Below, piece after piece: positions 39,304-49,154 of a stretch of DNA of 64,000 bases (position 1 is its first letter; each line of letters starts with the position of its first letter). This DNA is from an uncultured bacterium (GTDB lineage Bacteria; Desulfobacterota_D; UBA1144; Nemesobacterales; UBA2774). Below the pieces are notes generated by a model, which saw nothing but the letters and a program-made list of their open reading frames with translations, made no database searches and was not told the DNA's origin. A program made the translations under genes and the position numbers. The stretch lies in contig CAVPJU010000003.1 in assembly GCA_963705505.1 (NCBI GenBank), forward strand, positions 256,001-320,000. Direction: 5' to 3'.

Positions 39304-40656
39304 TTGCCTGATACAGGAAAAAAGAAATCCGTTTCCAGAAAAGAAAAGAAAATCACGCCGCCTGAAGGAAAGCTGGGTGTTCTCATTCCCGGTATAGGCG
39401 GCGCTGTGAGCACCACTTTTATTGCCGGTGTTGAGGCCATAAAGAGGGGACTCGGCAAGCCTATAGGCTCCCTCACACAGCTTGGAAGGATAAGGCTCGG
39501 AAAGAGGACGGAGAAAAAATCCCCGCTCATCAAGGAATTTCTCCCGCTTGCGGAACTCAATGACCTCGTATTTATGGGATGGGACATATTCCCCGATAAT
39601 TGTTACGAGGCCGCAATCAAGGCGGGAGTGCTCGAGAAGTCCCTCGTCAACGATCTGAAAGATACCCTGCAGAAATTAAAACCCCTCCCTGCCGTCTTCA
39701 GCAGAAAGTATGTCAAGAACCTGAACGGGAAGCACCTGAAAGAGGGCAAGACCAAGATGGACCTTGCCGAACAGCTCATCCAAGACATCAAGAAGTTCAA
39801 GAAGGAGAGCGGAGTATCCAGGCTCGTGATGGTGTGGTGCGGAAGCACGGAGATCTATATACAGCCTTCAGCCGTTCACGCGTCGATAAACTCCTTCGAG
39901 AAAGGATTGAAAGAGAACCACCCGGATATTGCTCCGAGCATGATCTATGCCTATGCGGCGCTCCAGTGCGGAGTCCCCTACGCCAACGGCGCTCCCAATC
40001 TGTCGGTCGACGTTCCCGCTCTCACAGACCTAGCCAAGAAGAAGAAAGTCCCGATCGCGGGGAAGGATTTCAAGACCGGACAGACTCTGATGAAGACGAT
40101 TCTCGCCCCGGGGTTCAAGAGCAGGATGCTGGGGCTGAGCGGCTGGTTTTCGACTAATATACTCGGGAACAGGGACGGCGAAGTGCTCGATGACCCCTAC
40201 TCATTTAAGACCAAAGAGGAAAGCAAGCTCGGCGTGCTCGAATATATGTTCCAGCCCGACCTGCATCCGGACCTCTATTCCAACTATTATCATAAGGTGA
40301 GGATAAATTATTATCCCCCGAGGGGCGATGCCAAGGAAGCCTGGGACAACATAGATATCTTCGGCTGGCTGGGCTATCCGATGCAGATAAAGGTCAACTT
40401 CCTCTGCAGGGACAGCATACTCGCTGCCCCTATCGTCCTGGACCTGGTGCTGTTCCTGGACCTCGCAAGCAGGGCCGGATTCGACGGGATTCAGGAATGG
40501 CTTTCTTTCTACTTCAAGAGCCCGATGTACGGCAAAGGTCTTTATCCCGAGCACGACCTCTTTATCCAGCTCATGAAGCTCAAGAACACGCTGCGCTACA
40601 TGAAGGGCGAAGAGCTCATAACACACCTGGGGCTCGATTATTACAATCTTATGTAA
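39304..40656 (+). CDS. ino1: Myo-inositol-1-phosphate synthase
   Basis: GKDFKTGQTLMKT, NILGNRDG, CRDSILAAPIVLDL, SFYFKSP. Confidence 0.93.
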   Translation: MPDTGKKKSVSRKEKKITPPEGKLGVLIPGIGGAVSTTFIAGVEAIKRGLGKPIGSLTQLGRIRLGKRTEKKSPLIKEFLPLAELNDLVFMGWDIFPDNCYEAAIKAGVLEKSLVNDLKDTLQKLKPLPAVFSRKYVKNLNGKHLKEGKTKMDLAEQLIQDIKKFKKESGVSRLVMVWCGSTEIYIQPSAVHASINSFEKGLKENHPDIAPSMIYAYAALQCGVPYANGAPNLSVDVPALTDLAKKKKVPIAGKDFKTGQTLMKTILAPGFKSRMLGLSGWFSTNILGNRDGEVLDDPYSFKTKEESKLGVLEYMFQPDLHPDLYSNYYHKVRINYYPPRGDAKEAWDNIDIFGWLGYPMQIKVNFLCRDSILAAPIVLDLVLFLDLASRAGFDGIQEWLSFYFKSPMYGKGLYPEHDLFIQLMKLKNTLRYMKGEELITHLGLDYYNLM

Positions 40657-40722
40657 TAATCGAACTCATTTCTTATACTTTCCGGATTATTTTCGAATCA
40701 GATTATATAAGTGGAGGGGATA

Positions 40723-41604
40723 TCAAGCCTGTGTGCTTATCGCAAGCCATTTGCGAGTAATGTAAAGGTTGCCGTTAGGGTCCCTGTTTCCGTGCTGCTC
40801 GAGGGCCGGCTGGACAGCTTCTTTCATTGCCTCAACGGCCGCATCCACCGGGTAACCTCTCAAAGCTCCTGCGGCGTACTGCTGGAAGGAGCTTATGTAC
40901 TCCCAAGCCTCTCTCCGCATGTCGACCGCGTACTCCTTAGCCTCTACGAGCTTGAAGCCCGCTTCCTTCACCAATTGCTCGTAATAAGACCTGGGGAGGA
41001 ATTTCGAAGCCTCGGTCCTGGAATCGTCCTTCTGTCTGCTTATACCGCGGTCCCTGAGATACTGAACCGCATTTTTAACCTGCGTGCGGTAAAAAGCCAG
41101 CGTCTCGGCGGGCCTTGCCTCCTCATAGAAGGCGGTATTGAAGAAAAAGAGGCCGCCGGGCTTAAGGGCTTTTTTAATCCTCTTGATGCTGTCGAGCTGT
41201 TCCTGCTCGGATAAATAGTGTATGCCGTTCCCCCAGACCGCGACATCGATACTCTCGTCGGGTATCTTCATGTCCTCGACTGAGGAATGTACCAATTTTA
41301 ATCTTTCAACCGTTTTCTCGAGTTTCGACTGCGCTAATCTGAGAGCCTCCCCGGACTGGTCGAGACACATTACAGCAGCTTTTTTCCAGCTTGCGGGCAG
41401 CTGATCAAACACAAGCTGTACCATCGTCCCCGCACCTGTAGCTACGTCCAGAATCGCCTCGATCCCGCTGATTCCTTTCCGGCGCATGATTTCAACCCAG
41501 CCGTGTATGCAAGCCTCGTTTACCTCTCTGTATTCTTCGGTATCGGCAAACGGCTCATAATCATATTTCTCCTTAATCTCATCCATTATTAACCTCTGTA
41601 TCAA
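40723..41604 (-). CDS. Class I SAM-dependent methyltransferase
   Basis: ILDVATGAGT motif I, LKPGG. An alternative start exists at 41586. Confidence 0.85.
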   Translation of the reverse strand: MIQRLIMDEIKEKYDYEPFADTEEYREVNEACIHGWVEIMRRKGISGIEAILDVATGAGTMVQLVFDQLPASWKKAAVMCLDQSGEALRLAQSKLEKTVERLKLVHSSVEDMKIPDESIDVAVWGNGIHYLSEQEQLDSIKRIKKALKPGGLFFFNTAFYEEARPAETLAFYRTQVKNAVQYLRDRGISRQKDDSRTEASKFLPRSYYEQLVKEAGFKLVEAKEYAVDMRREAWEYISSFQQYAAGALRGYPVDAAVEAMKEAVQPALEQHGNRDPNGNLYITRKWLAISTQA

Positions 41605-41719
41605 CTAACACCCCATTTTGCTATAAATAGAATAACGACCATAGAGTATAACATGACAATACGGAAAAAAACAGTACGCCCGGCGCCGGGAAACGCCTAT
41701 GATTCACCCACACCTGCTA

Positions 41720-42361
41720 TTATACACCCCTCCTGTTTCCCCATATAATCTTGTGAAGCTGGGGAAGTACCCTAACCTCCCCGAGATTTTCATCCATGAC
41801 TCTCCCGGTTAACCAGCCTATGAGCGCACCGTCAGCAGGCTGGAAAATAATATTTGCGTTTATATGATATTCCTTCAGAATTCCCTTTGCGTATTCGAAA
41901 TCCGCCTCATCAGCAATCACGAACTTGAGCTGGTCCTGAGGACGGAGCTTCTGAAAGAGGCCGAAGTCCATCCTTTCCTGCATTCCTGAGCCGGGGCACT
42001 TGCAGTCCATGCTTATGACGCAGTTTCCGGTCCAGAATACGGGGGGAGGCATTTTATGCCCGCTCGTCTCGAGCACTATCTTATAACCTTCGTTTATTAG
42101 TGTTTTTGCCAATTCCTCAGCTTCTTCCCTCTGAATGAGCGGCTCGCCGCCGGTAATGCATACCCTTTTGCAGCCGAACTTCTCTATGTCGGCAAGGACT
42201 TCCCCGACTGTCATTTTTCTAAAATCCCTCCCCTCGACCGCGTACATCGTATCACACCACGAACACCTGAGGTCGCAGGCATAGAGCCTGACAAATACGG
42301 TGGGAAGACCGATCTCGACACCCTCGCCCTGAATCGAAAAAAAGATCTCGCTGATATTCAT
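41720..42361 (-). CDS. queE: 7-carboxy-7-deazaguanine synthase (radical SAM)
   Basis: EIFFSIQGEG, CDLRCSWCDT, ITGGEPL, PQLHK. The ATG overlaps the queC stop (ATGA). Confidence 0.93.
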   Translation of the reverse strand: MNISEIFFSIQGEGVEIGLPTVFVRLYACDLRCSWCDTMYAVEGRDFRKMTVGEVLADIEKFGCKRVCITGGEPLIQREEAEELAKTLINEGYKIVLETSGHKMPPPVFWTGNCVISMDCKCPGSGMQERMDFGLFQKLRPQDQLKFVIADEADFEYAKGILKEYHINANIIFQPADGALIGWLTGRVMDENLGEVRVLPQLHKIIWGNRRGV

Positions 42362-43032
42362 CTCTCGTACCCGGTCGGGTCGGGCACTCCCGATTCCAGA
42401 AAAGCCCTCTTTCTCTCGCGGCATGAGCTGCACACGCCGCAGTGTACCCGGCCCCCCTTATAGCAGCTCCATGTCTCCTTAAAAGGCACTCCGAGCCCTG
42501 CTCCGAGCTTAACGATCTGCGATTTATCCATATCCACGAACGGCGCTCGGATGTTAAGGTCCGGGTTTGCGGTAGCGAGCCTTTCGGAGGTCTGAAACGA
42601 CTCGACGAACTCCTGCCTGCAGTCGGGGTAAACGCCCCTGTCCGAATGATGAGCGCCGAAAAAGACATTGTCAGCGCTTTTGCTCACCGCGTATCCGACG
42701 GCGATTGCGAGGAAGATAGCGTTCCTGTTGGGGACTATCGTGGATTTAAGCGTATCGTAATGCTCGGCTGTCTCAGGTACTTCGGGTATATCGACATTTG
42801 CGTCTGTCAGCGCCGAGCCCGACAGGAGCTCCCTGAGCTCGGAGAGGTCGATTACTCTATGCGGGACACCGAGTGCGTTCGATACCTTCAGGGCGGAGTC
42901 GATTTCCTTACTATGCTTCTGTCCGTAATTAAAGGTAATGCAGTCGACGTCGAACCCTTTTTTGACAGAGCTATAGAGAAGCGTCGTGCTGTCGATACCG
43001 CCCGAGAATATGATTACAGCCTTCTTATTCAT
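42358..43032 (-). CDS. queC: 7-cyano-7-deazaguanine synthase
   Basis: SGGIDSTT, VPNRNAIF, YPDCR, TWSCY...HCGVCSSC. Confidence 0.96.
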   Translation of the reverse strand: MNKKAVIIFSGGIDSTTLLYSSVKKGFDVDCITFNYGQKHSKEIDSALKVSNALGVPHRVIDLSELRELLSGSALTDANVDIPEVPETAEHYDTLKSTIVPNRNAIFLAIAVGYAVSKSADNVFFGAHHSDRGVYPDCRQEFVESFQTSERLATANPDLNIRAPFVDMDKSQIVKLGAGLGVPFKETWSCYKGGRVHCGVCSSCRERKRAFLESGVPDPTGYER

Positions 43033-43294
43033 ACACTTAATACTATATGCTTATGTTTACGGGAACAAGAAAATCGAGGAAACCGGAGGACTACAAAATC
43101 ACCTCGTTTTTGCAGGGACAATGCTCTTGGAAACCACGCTTAGAAATCACCAAGCCTGTTGTCGAGCTCCTCGGGGTTAACATGAACCTGAATGCCGTCA
43201 ATAGGCCGATTTGCATGGTATCGACTTTTATTTATTATTATTAGGTTGTTTTGTGAGAAGTTAAAGGATACGGTTTCTTACAAACATTATATAT

Positions 43295-45346
43295 ATGAAA
43301 GACAGATTCAAACACGTTGAAAACCTATTTGAAGAGTTCCCTCCCGTAACTCCCGCGGATTGGAAAGCCGAGATAGTCAAGGACTTAAACGGCGGGGATA
43401 TCGAGAAGCTTGACTGGAAGCCTTACGAGGGCTTTACGGTAAACCCCTTTTATACGGAGGAAGACCTGAGAGGACTCGGCTATTTAACCGACCCCTTTCC
43501 GGACGAATTCCCCTTTGCGCGGGGCAATAAAACCCTGAGCAACGACTGGAGCGTCAACGAATATATAACTTCAGGGAGCATAAAAGCGGCGAACAGCCTC
43601 TCTCTTAAAAGCCTGGAAAAAGGGGCGGATTCTCTCACATTCGTTTGTGAATCTTCAAAGGAATGCATATCGGGAATCCCTATTCAGAGCGTCCGAGATA
43701 TGGCTGCGCTATTAAAAGATATCCCGATTGAAGAGATACCCGTCCACTTCAGATGCGGGTACGGGGCTCCGGGGATTCTTTCGCTCTTCGTCATCGAAGC
43801 GGAGAAGAGGGGTATCGAAAAAGCGCGGCTGTCCGGCTCCGTTGACGCCGACCCATTGAGAATACTCGCGCTTGAGGGGTCATTCCCGGGAAGCGAGCAG
43901 GGCTCGTTCGATGAAATCGGATCGATGATCTCTTATTTAAGCGTCCGTATGCCCTCATTCAGCGCCCTCAAGGTCGCGGGGCATCACTTCCACGACTCGG
44001 GCGCATCGGTCACTCAGGAGCTTGCGTTTACATTAGCCGCCGGAGTGGAATACCTCGACCGTCTGACCTCCATGGACCTGACTGCAGACCAGGTCGCAGC
44101 TCACATGAGCTTTTCGTTTTCGATAGGCTCAAACTATTTCATGGAGATAGCCAAGCTCCGTGCCGCAAGGTTATTGTGGGCGCACATAATCGATCAATAC
44201 AGGCCCGGGGATGAATCCTCGAAAAAAATGAAGATAGAGACAAGGACGTCCTCATGGAACAAGACCGTCTTCGACCCGTACGTCAACATGCTGAGGGGCA
44301 CTGTGGAAGCGATGGCGGCGGCAATCGGCGGGAGCGATTCGATAAATGTGCTGCCCCTTGACTCGATGTATAAAAAACCCGATGAATTTTCACGGAGGAT
44401 GGCGAGGAATACGCAGCTCATACTGAAAAACGAAGCGTATCTCGACCGTGTTATCGACCCTTCGGGGGGCTCATATTATATAGAGAGGCTCACGGACTCG
44501 ATAGCCTCCTCGTCATGGGAGCTTTTCAGGACAGTCGAGGGTATGGGTGGGATAGTCGAGGCGCTCAAGTCTGGATTCGTACAGGACGAAATACTTAAGA
44601 CCCGAAACGAAAGGGACATGGACATTGCGACGAGAAAGGTGATTTTCCTCGGCGTTAACCAGTATCCGAACCCGGATGAAAAGGGTCCCGGAAAGGTCGA
44701 TAACAGAATCTCTCAAAAACCGCTCAGAAAATCGGGCGATGACTCGGAACACGGGAGCAGGCGTTCAATAGAGGAGATTATAAGCCATTTGTCCGGGAAG
44801 GGGTCCCGCATCGGGGACGTCCTACCCGACCCGTCGGCAAAGCCAGGCTTTGTGATAAAGCCCCTTAGGCCTTACAGGGGAGCGCAGGCATTCGAGGAAT
44901 TACGGCTCGCCGCCTCAAGACACAAAAAAGAAACGGGCGTGACTCCCGAGGTCTTTTTATTGCCTGTCGGAAACCCGTCGATCCGGAATGCGAGGGCGGC
45001 GTTCTCGGGGAATTTTTTCGGGTGCGCCGGTTTTAAGGTAATAGAAAACCCCGGTTTCGACTCGGCCGAGGAAGGCGTAAAGGCCGTTCTCGGAACCAGG
45101 GCAAAGATAGTGGTCATTTGCGGCTCCGACGGGGAATATGCCGAATTTGCGCCGGAAATCTGTGAAGAGCTTAGGCGGAAGAACCCCGACATGCGCATTA
45201 TAATAGCCGGGAATCCGAAGGAGCATGCGGACGCCCTTAAAGCTTCGGGCGTTGACGACTTCATACACGTCCGCTCGAACGCGCTCCAAATCCTGAGGAA
45301 GTATCAGGAGATTTCAGGCATAAAAAGACAAAAAGAGGAAGATTAA
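43295..45346 (+). CDS. mutA: Methylmalonyl-CoA mutase small (beta) subunit
   Basis: Mutase fold (YFMEIAKLRAAR, DPYVNMLR, DPSGGSYYIE) lacking the DxHxxG B12 motif; directly precedes the large subunit. Confidence 0.9.
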   Translation: MKDRFKHVENLFEEFPPVTPADWKAEIVKDLNGGDIEKLDWKPYEGFTVNPFYTEEDLRGLGYLTDPFPDEFPFARGNKTLSNDWSVNEYITSGSIKAANSLSLKSLEKGADSLTFVCESSKECISGIPIQSVRDMAALLKDIPIEEIPVHFRCGYGAPGILSLFVIEAEKRGIEKARLSGSVDADPLRILALEGSFPGSEQGSFDEIGSMISYLSVRMPSFSALKVAGHHFHDSGASVTQELAFTLAAGVEYLDRLTSMDLTADQVAAHMSFSFSIGSNYFMEIAKLRAARLLWAHIIDQYRPGDESSKKMKIETRTSSWNKTVFDPYVNMLRGTVEAMAAAIGGSDSINVLPLDSMYKKPDEFSRRMARNTQLILKNEAYLDRVIDPSGGSYYIERLTDSIASSSWELFRTVEGMGGIVEALKSGFVQDEILKTRNERDMDIATRKVIFLGVNQYPNPDEKGPGKVDNRISQKPLRKSGDDSEHGSRRSIEEIISHLSGKGSRIGDVLPDPSAKPGFVIKPLRPYRGAQAFEELRLAASRHKKETGVTPEVFLLPVGNPSIRNARAAFSGNFFGCAGFKVIENPGFDSAEEGVKAVLGTRAKIVVICGSDGEYAEFAPEICEELRRKNPDMRIIIAGNPKEHADALKASGVDDFIHVRSNALQILRKYQEISGIKRQKEED

Positions 45347-47497
45347 TTGAGACCAGATTTCTCGAATATCGATTACAGGGGCAGGAGGCGCGGGAAATCC
45401 GAATCACGCGTGAGCTCTTCGGATTCGGAATGGTTAACCCCGGAGGACATACGTGTTAACCCCGTTTACACGAAAGAAGACCTCCTCGGAATGGAGCACC
45501 TGCAGTATGCGGCAGGCCTGCCGCCTTACCTGAGGGGCCCATACCCCACGATGTATTTGACACGCCCGTGGACCATACGCCAGTACGCGGGTTTCTCTAC
45601 GGCCGAGGAATCGAACGCATTTTACAGAAGGAACCTGGCAGCGGGGCAGAAGGGACTCTCGGTGGCGTTTGACCTCCCCACGCACAGGGGCTACGACTCC
45701 GACCACGAAAGGGTAATCGGCGACGTCGGGAAAGCGGGGGTGGCGATCGATTCCGTGCTCGACATGAAGATACTCTTCAATGAAATACCGCTCGATGAGA
45801 TATCAGTTTCCATGACGATGAACGGCGCCGTACTTCCGGTAATGGCGTTCTACATCGTGACGGCTGAGGAGCAGGGTGTAAGCCCGGAGAATCTGAGCGG
45901 GACTATCCAGAACGATATCCTTAAAGAATTCATGGTCAGGAACACGTACATTTACCCGCCCGGCCCCTCGATGAAGATCATAGCCGACATCTTCAAATAC
46001 ACGGCTGAACACATGCCGAAATTCAATTCGATAAGCGTGAGCGGCTACCACATGGAAGAGGCGGGAGCCTCCTCCGATATAGAGCTCGCCTACACCCTCG
46101 CGGACGGGCTCGAATACGTAAGGACGGGCATAAACGCCGGCATGGGCATAGACGATTTCGCACCGAGGATCTCCTTTTTCTGGGGGATCGGAATGAACCA
46201 TTTTATGGAAATAGCCAAGATGAGGGCGGCGAGGATGATATGGGCAAAATTAATTAAACGGTTCGGTCCGAAAAACCCGAAGTCCATGGCCTTAAGGACT
46301 CACTGCCAGACCTCGGGCTGGAGCTTAACGGAACAGGACCCGTTCAATAATGCAATAAGGACGTGCGTTGAGGCCCTGGCGGCCGTACTCGGCGGCACAC
46401 AGTCGCTCCATACCAATGCGCTTGACGAAGCTATAGCGCTCCCGACGGATTTTTCGGCTAGGATAGCAAGGAACACTCAGATTTATCTCGAAGAAGAGAC
46501 GAATATATGCAGGTCTATTGACCCCTGGGCGGGTTCTTATTATGTTGAATACCTGACGGACAGGATCGCCCGCCGCGCCTGGGCACTTATAGAGGAAGTG
46601 GAAGGGTTAGGCGGTATGGCGAAGGCGATAGAGACGGGCCTACCCAAGATGAGGATCGAAGAGGCCGCGGCGAAGAAGCAGGCGCGTATAGATTCGGGCC
46701 ATGATGTCATTGTCGGCGTCAATAAATACGGGGCGGACGAAGACGCGGAGATCGAGATTCTGGAAGTCGATAACACCGCTGTGAGAACGGCGCAGCTGGA
46801 GCGCCTGAAGAAACTCAGGAAGGCAAGGAACAACGACGCGGTCAGAGCCGCTCTCGACGCAATAACCAAATGCGCCGAAACCGGCGAGGGGAACCTGCTC
46901 GAGGCCGCAGTGGACGCGGCCCGCAAACGCGCGACGCTCGGTGAAATATCTTATGCGTGCGAAAAGGTTTTCGGAAGGTATAAGGCGGTTATACGGACTA
47001 TAGCGGGGGTTTATTCGGGAGAGATGTCTGAAGACGGCGAGTTCAGGAAGGCGAGGGAGCTCGCGGATGAGTTCGCAGAGCTTGAAGGCAGAAGACCGAG
47101 GATAATGGTCGCGAAAATGGGACAGGACGGCCACGACCGGGGCGCCAAGGTCATTGCCACGAGCTTTGCCGATATGGGATTCGACGTCGACATAGGGTCC
47201 CTCTTCCAGACACCCATAGAAGCCGCGCGCCAGGCGGTCGAGAACGATGTCCACATAATCGGCATATCGAGCCTTGCCGCCGGGCATAAGACACTCGTCC
47301 CGGAGCTGATAAAAGAGTTGAGAGAAATGGAACGGGGTGACATCATGGTGGTCGTGGGCGGAGTCATACCCAAACGGGACTATGAATTCCTCTATAACGC
47401 GGGCGTTACCGCCGTGTTCGGGCCCGGTACCGTCATTTCAAAGGCGGCTCAGGATATCTTGAATATTCTACTCCGAAGCAGCAGGGAAGGCGCCTGA
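45347..47497 (+). CDS. mutB: Methylmalonyl-CoA mutase large (catalytic) subunit
   Basis: [14 protein letters not shown]12-binding [11 protein letters not shown]. Confidence 0.96.
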   Translation: MRPDFSNIDYRGRRRGKSESRVSSSDSEWLTPEDIRVNPVYTKEDLLGMEHLQYAAGLPPYLRGPYPTMYLTRPWTIRQYAGFSTAEESNAFYRRNLAAGQKGLSVAFDLPTHRGYDSDHERVIGDVGKAGVAIDSVLDMKILFNEIPLDEISVSMTMNGAVLPVMAFYIVTAEEQGVSPENLSGTIQNDILKEFMVRNTYIYPPGPSMKIIADIFKYTAEHMPKFNSISVSGYHMEEAGASSDIELAYTLADGLEYVRTGINAGMGIDDFAPRISFFWGIGMNHFMEIAKMRAARMIWAKLIKRFGPKNPKSMALRTHCQTSGWSLTEQDPFNNAIRTCVEALAAVLGGTQSLHTNALDEAIALPTDFSARIARNTQIYLEEETNICRSIDPWAGSYYVEYLTDRIARRAWALIEEVEGLGGMAKAIETGLPKMRIEEAAAKKQARIDSGHDVIVGVNKYGADEDAEIEILEVDNTAVRTAQLERLKKLRKARNNDAVRAALDAITKCAETGEGNLLEAAVDAARKRATLGEISYACEKVFGRYKAVIRTIAGVYSGEMSEDGEFRKARELADEFAELEGRRPRIMVAKMGQDGHDRGAKVIATSFADMGFDVDIGSLFQTPIEAARQAVENDVHIIGISSLAAGHKTLVPELIKELREMERGDIMVVVGGVIPKRDYEFLYNAGVTAVFGPGTVISKAAQDILNILLRSSREGA

Positions 47498-47579
47498 GGC
47501 GGCGGACAGTCTCTGCTTCAGGAACTGAACCCGGATAAAAACGGTGGACATCTTATAATAAACCTGAAAAAATAATAAT

Positions 47580-48041
47580 ATGGAAAACGCCCCGAAACTC
47601 GAGATCGGCAGGATAACCCCTCAAGACCTTGACGGCATTGTAGCAATAGAGAACGTGAGCTTCCCCACTCCCTGGCCCAGGCGTGTTTTCGAGCGGGAGA
47701 TAAAATCACAGAAATCCTACAACAGGGTAATCAGATTCAGCGGAATGGTAGTCGGATACATCGTCACATGGACTATATACGACGAAGTACATATTCTGAA
47801 TATAGCGGTACACCCGAATTTCAGGAATATGGGTCTCGGGGAGAGGCTACTCCGGGACTGCATAGGTCACTCGGCCGATAACGGTCTCAGATACGCAATT
47901 CTCGAAGTGAGGATATCCAATACGAAGGCCAGGAGCCTGTACGAGAAGCTGGGTTTTAAAACGATCCATACGAGAAGGAAATACTATTCCGATACCGGGG
48001 AAGACGCCTACGTGATGATGTTCGAGATCAAGCCCTCATAG
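47580..48041 (+). CDS. rimI: Ribosomal protein alanine N-acetyltransferase
   Basis: FPTPW, HILNIAVHP, LEVRISN, RRKYYSDTGEDA. Confidence 0.92.
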   Translation: MENAPKLEIGRITPQDLDGIVAIENVSFPTPWPRRVFEREIKSQKSYNRVIRFSGMVVGYIVTWTIYDEVHILNIAVHPNFRNMGLGERLLRDCIGHSADNGLRYAILEVRISNTKARSLYEKLGFKTIHTRRKYYSDTGEDAYVMMFEIKPS

Positions 48042-48059
48042 ACGGCTTTCAGCAGTTTC

Positions 48060-49043
48060 TCAGTTCTTCCTTTCCACAACATAATCGGCGAGCATGGCGA
48101 GTGAATTCTTGAAGGTATTGTCGGGCAGGGATGAAATAGCGCTTCTGGCTTTATGGATGAAGTTCTTCGCTACGGCTTTTGTTTTCTCGACACCGCTGTA
48201 TTTTTCTACCAGCTCCCTTATTACCCCGAGCTCGTCATCCTTAAAACCGTCCCTCTTGAGGAGAATATCGTTTGCCCTGGACCTCTCGATATCCGAGACT
48301 ACCTTGAGCGAATAAAAGAGCGGGAGTGTCATCTTCCCCTCGAGCAAATCCTGGCCCACCCCTTTCCCGAACTCCCTCTCGGACGAGGAATAATCGAGCG
48401 CATCGTCAACCAGCTGAAATGCGACCCCGACGTTGAACCCGTACTGCCCCAAAGACCGCTTTACCTCGTCATCCGCTCCGGCGAGTATCGCGCCTACCCT
48501 GCCGCAGCTTTCTATGAGCGATGCTGTTTTATTCTCGATGATGCCGAAGCATATTTCTTCCGAAACCTCGAGCATGTTCTTTGCGCTCATGACTTCGAGC
48601 ACCTGTCCCTCGGCGAGCTTGGCGGCGGCGTCCGTCACGGCCTTGATAAGCTCGAGGCTGCCGCAGGACTGTATCAGCCCGAGCGCCCGCGCGAGCATAA
48701 AATCTCCCACGAGCACGGTAGCCTTGTTGCCCCAGACTACGTTCGAAGCGGTTTTCCCCCTCCTGAGCTCCGCCTCGTCGACCACATCGTCGTGAAGGAG
48801 GGTAGCCGTATGGATAAGCTCGAGCGCCGCAGCCGAATATATCCTTTCCTTGCCCGCCGTAAGACCGCAGGCCCCGCTCGAAAGGAGAAGAACCGAGGGC
48901 CTTAGCCTCTTTCCGCCGCTTCCGAGAAGGTATCTCGAAATCTCGTAAACAAGCGGAACGGGGGATTTTATATTGGCTTCGAGCTCGTCCTCCACTTCTT
49001 CAAGGTCCGGATTTATAGGGGAAAGAATATCGGAAAATTCCAT
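48060..49043 (-). CDS. Polyprenyl diphosphate synthase (IspB-like)
   Basis: GGKRLRP, LLHDDVVD and FQLVDDALD aspartate-rich motifs. Confidence 0.93.
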   Translation of the reverse strand: MEFSDILSPINPDLEEVEDELEANIKSPVPLVYEISRYLLGSGGKRLRPSVLLLSSGACGLTAGKERIYSAAALELIHTATLLHDDVVDEAELRRGKTASNVVWGNKATVLVGDFMLARALGLIQSCGSLELIKAVTDAAAKLAEGQVLEVMSAKNMLEVSEEICFGIIENKTASLIESCGRVGAILAGADDEVKRSLGQYGFNVGVAFQLVDDALDYSSSEREFGKGVGQDLLEGKMTLPLFYSLKVVSDIERSRANDILLKRDGFKDDELGVIRELVEKYSGVEKTKAVAKNFIHKARSAISSLPDNTFKNSLAMLADYVVERKN

Positions 49044-49154
49044 CGCAATTTAAGTTATCTGAACAGTTTATAGAAGTCAAAAAGCCTAGAATATGTGATA
49101 TTTAGAGTAAATGTTATATTATCTATGACGGTTTTAAAGACTCGATATAAGCCT

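Noticed and set aside
41720..43032. queC/queE as part of a 7-deazaguanine DNA-modification (dpd) system
   Set aside because: No dpdA/tgt-like or other dpd genes nearby; consistent with ordinary queuosine biosynthesis.
43033..43294. preQ1 riboswitch before queC or cobalamin riboswitch before mutA
   Set aside because: Neither a preQ1 hairpin with A-rich tail nor a B12-box could be identified.
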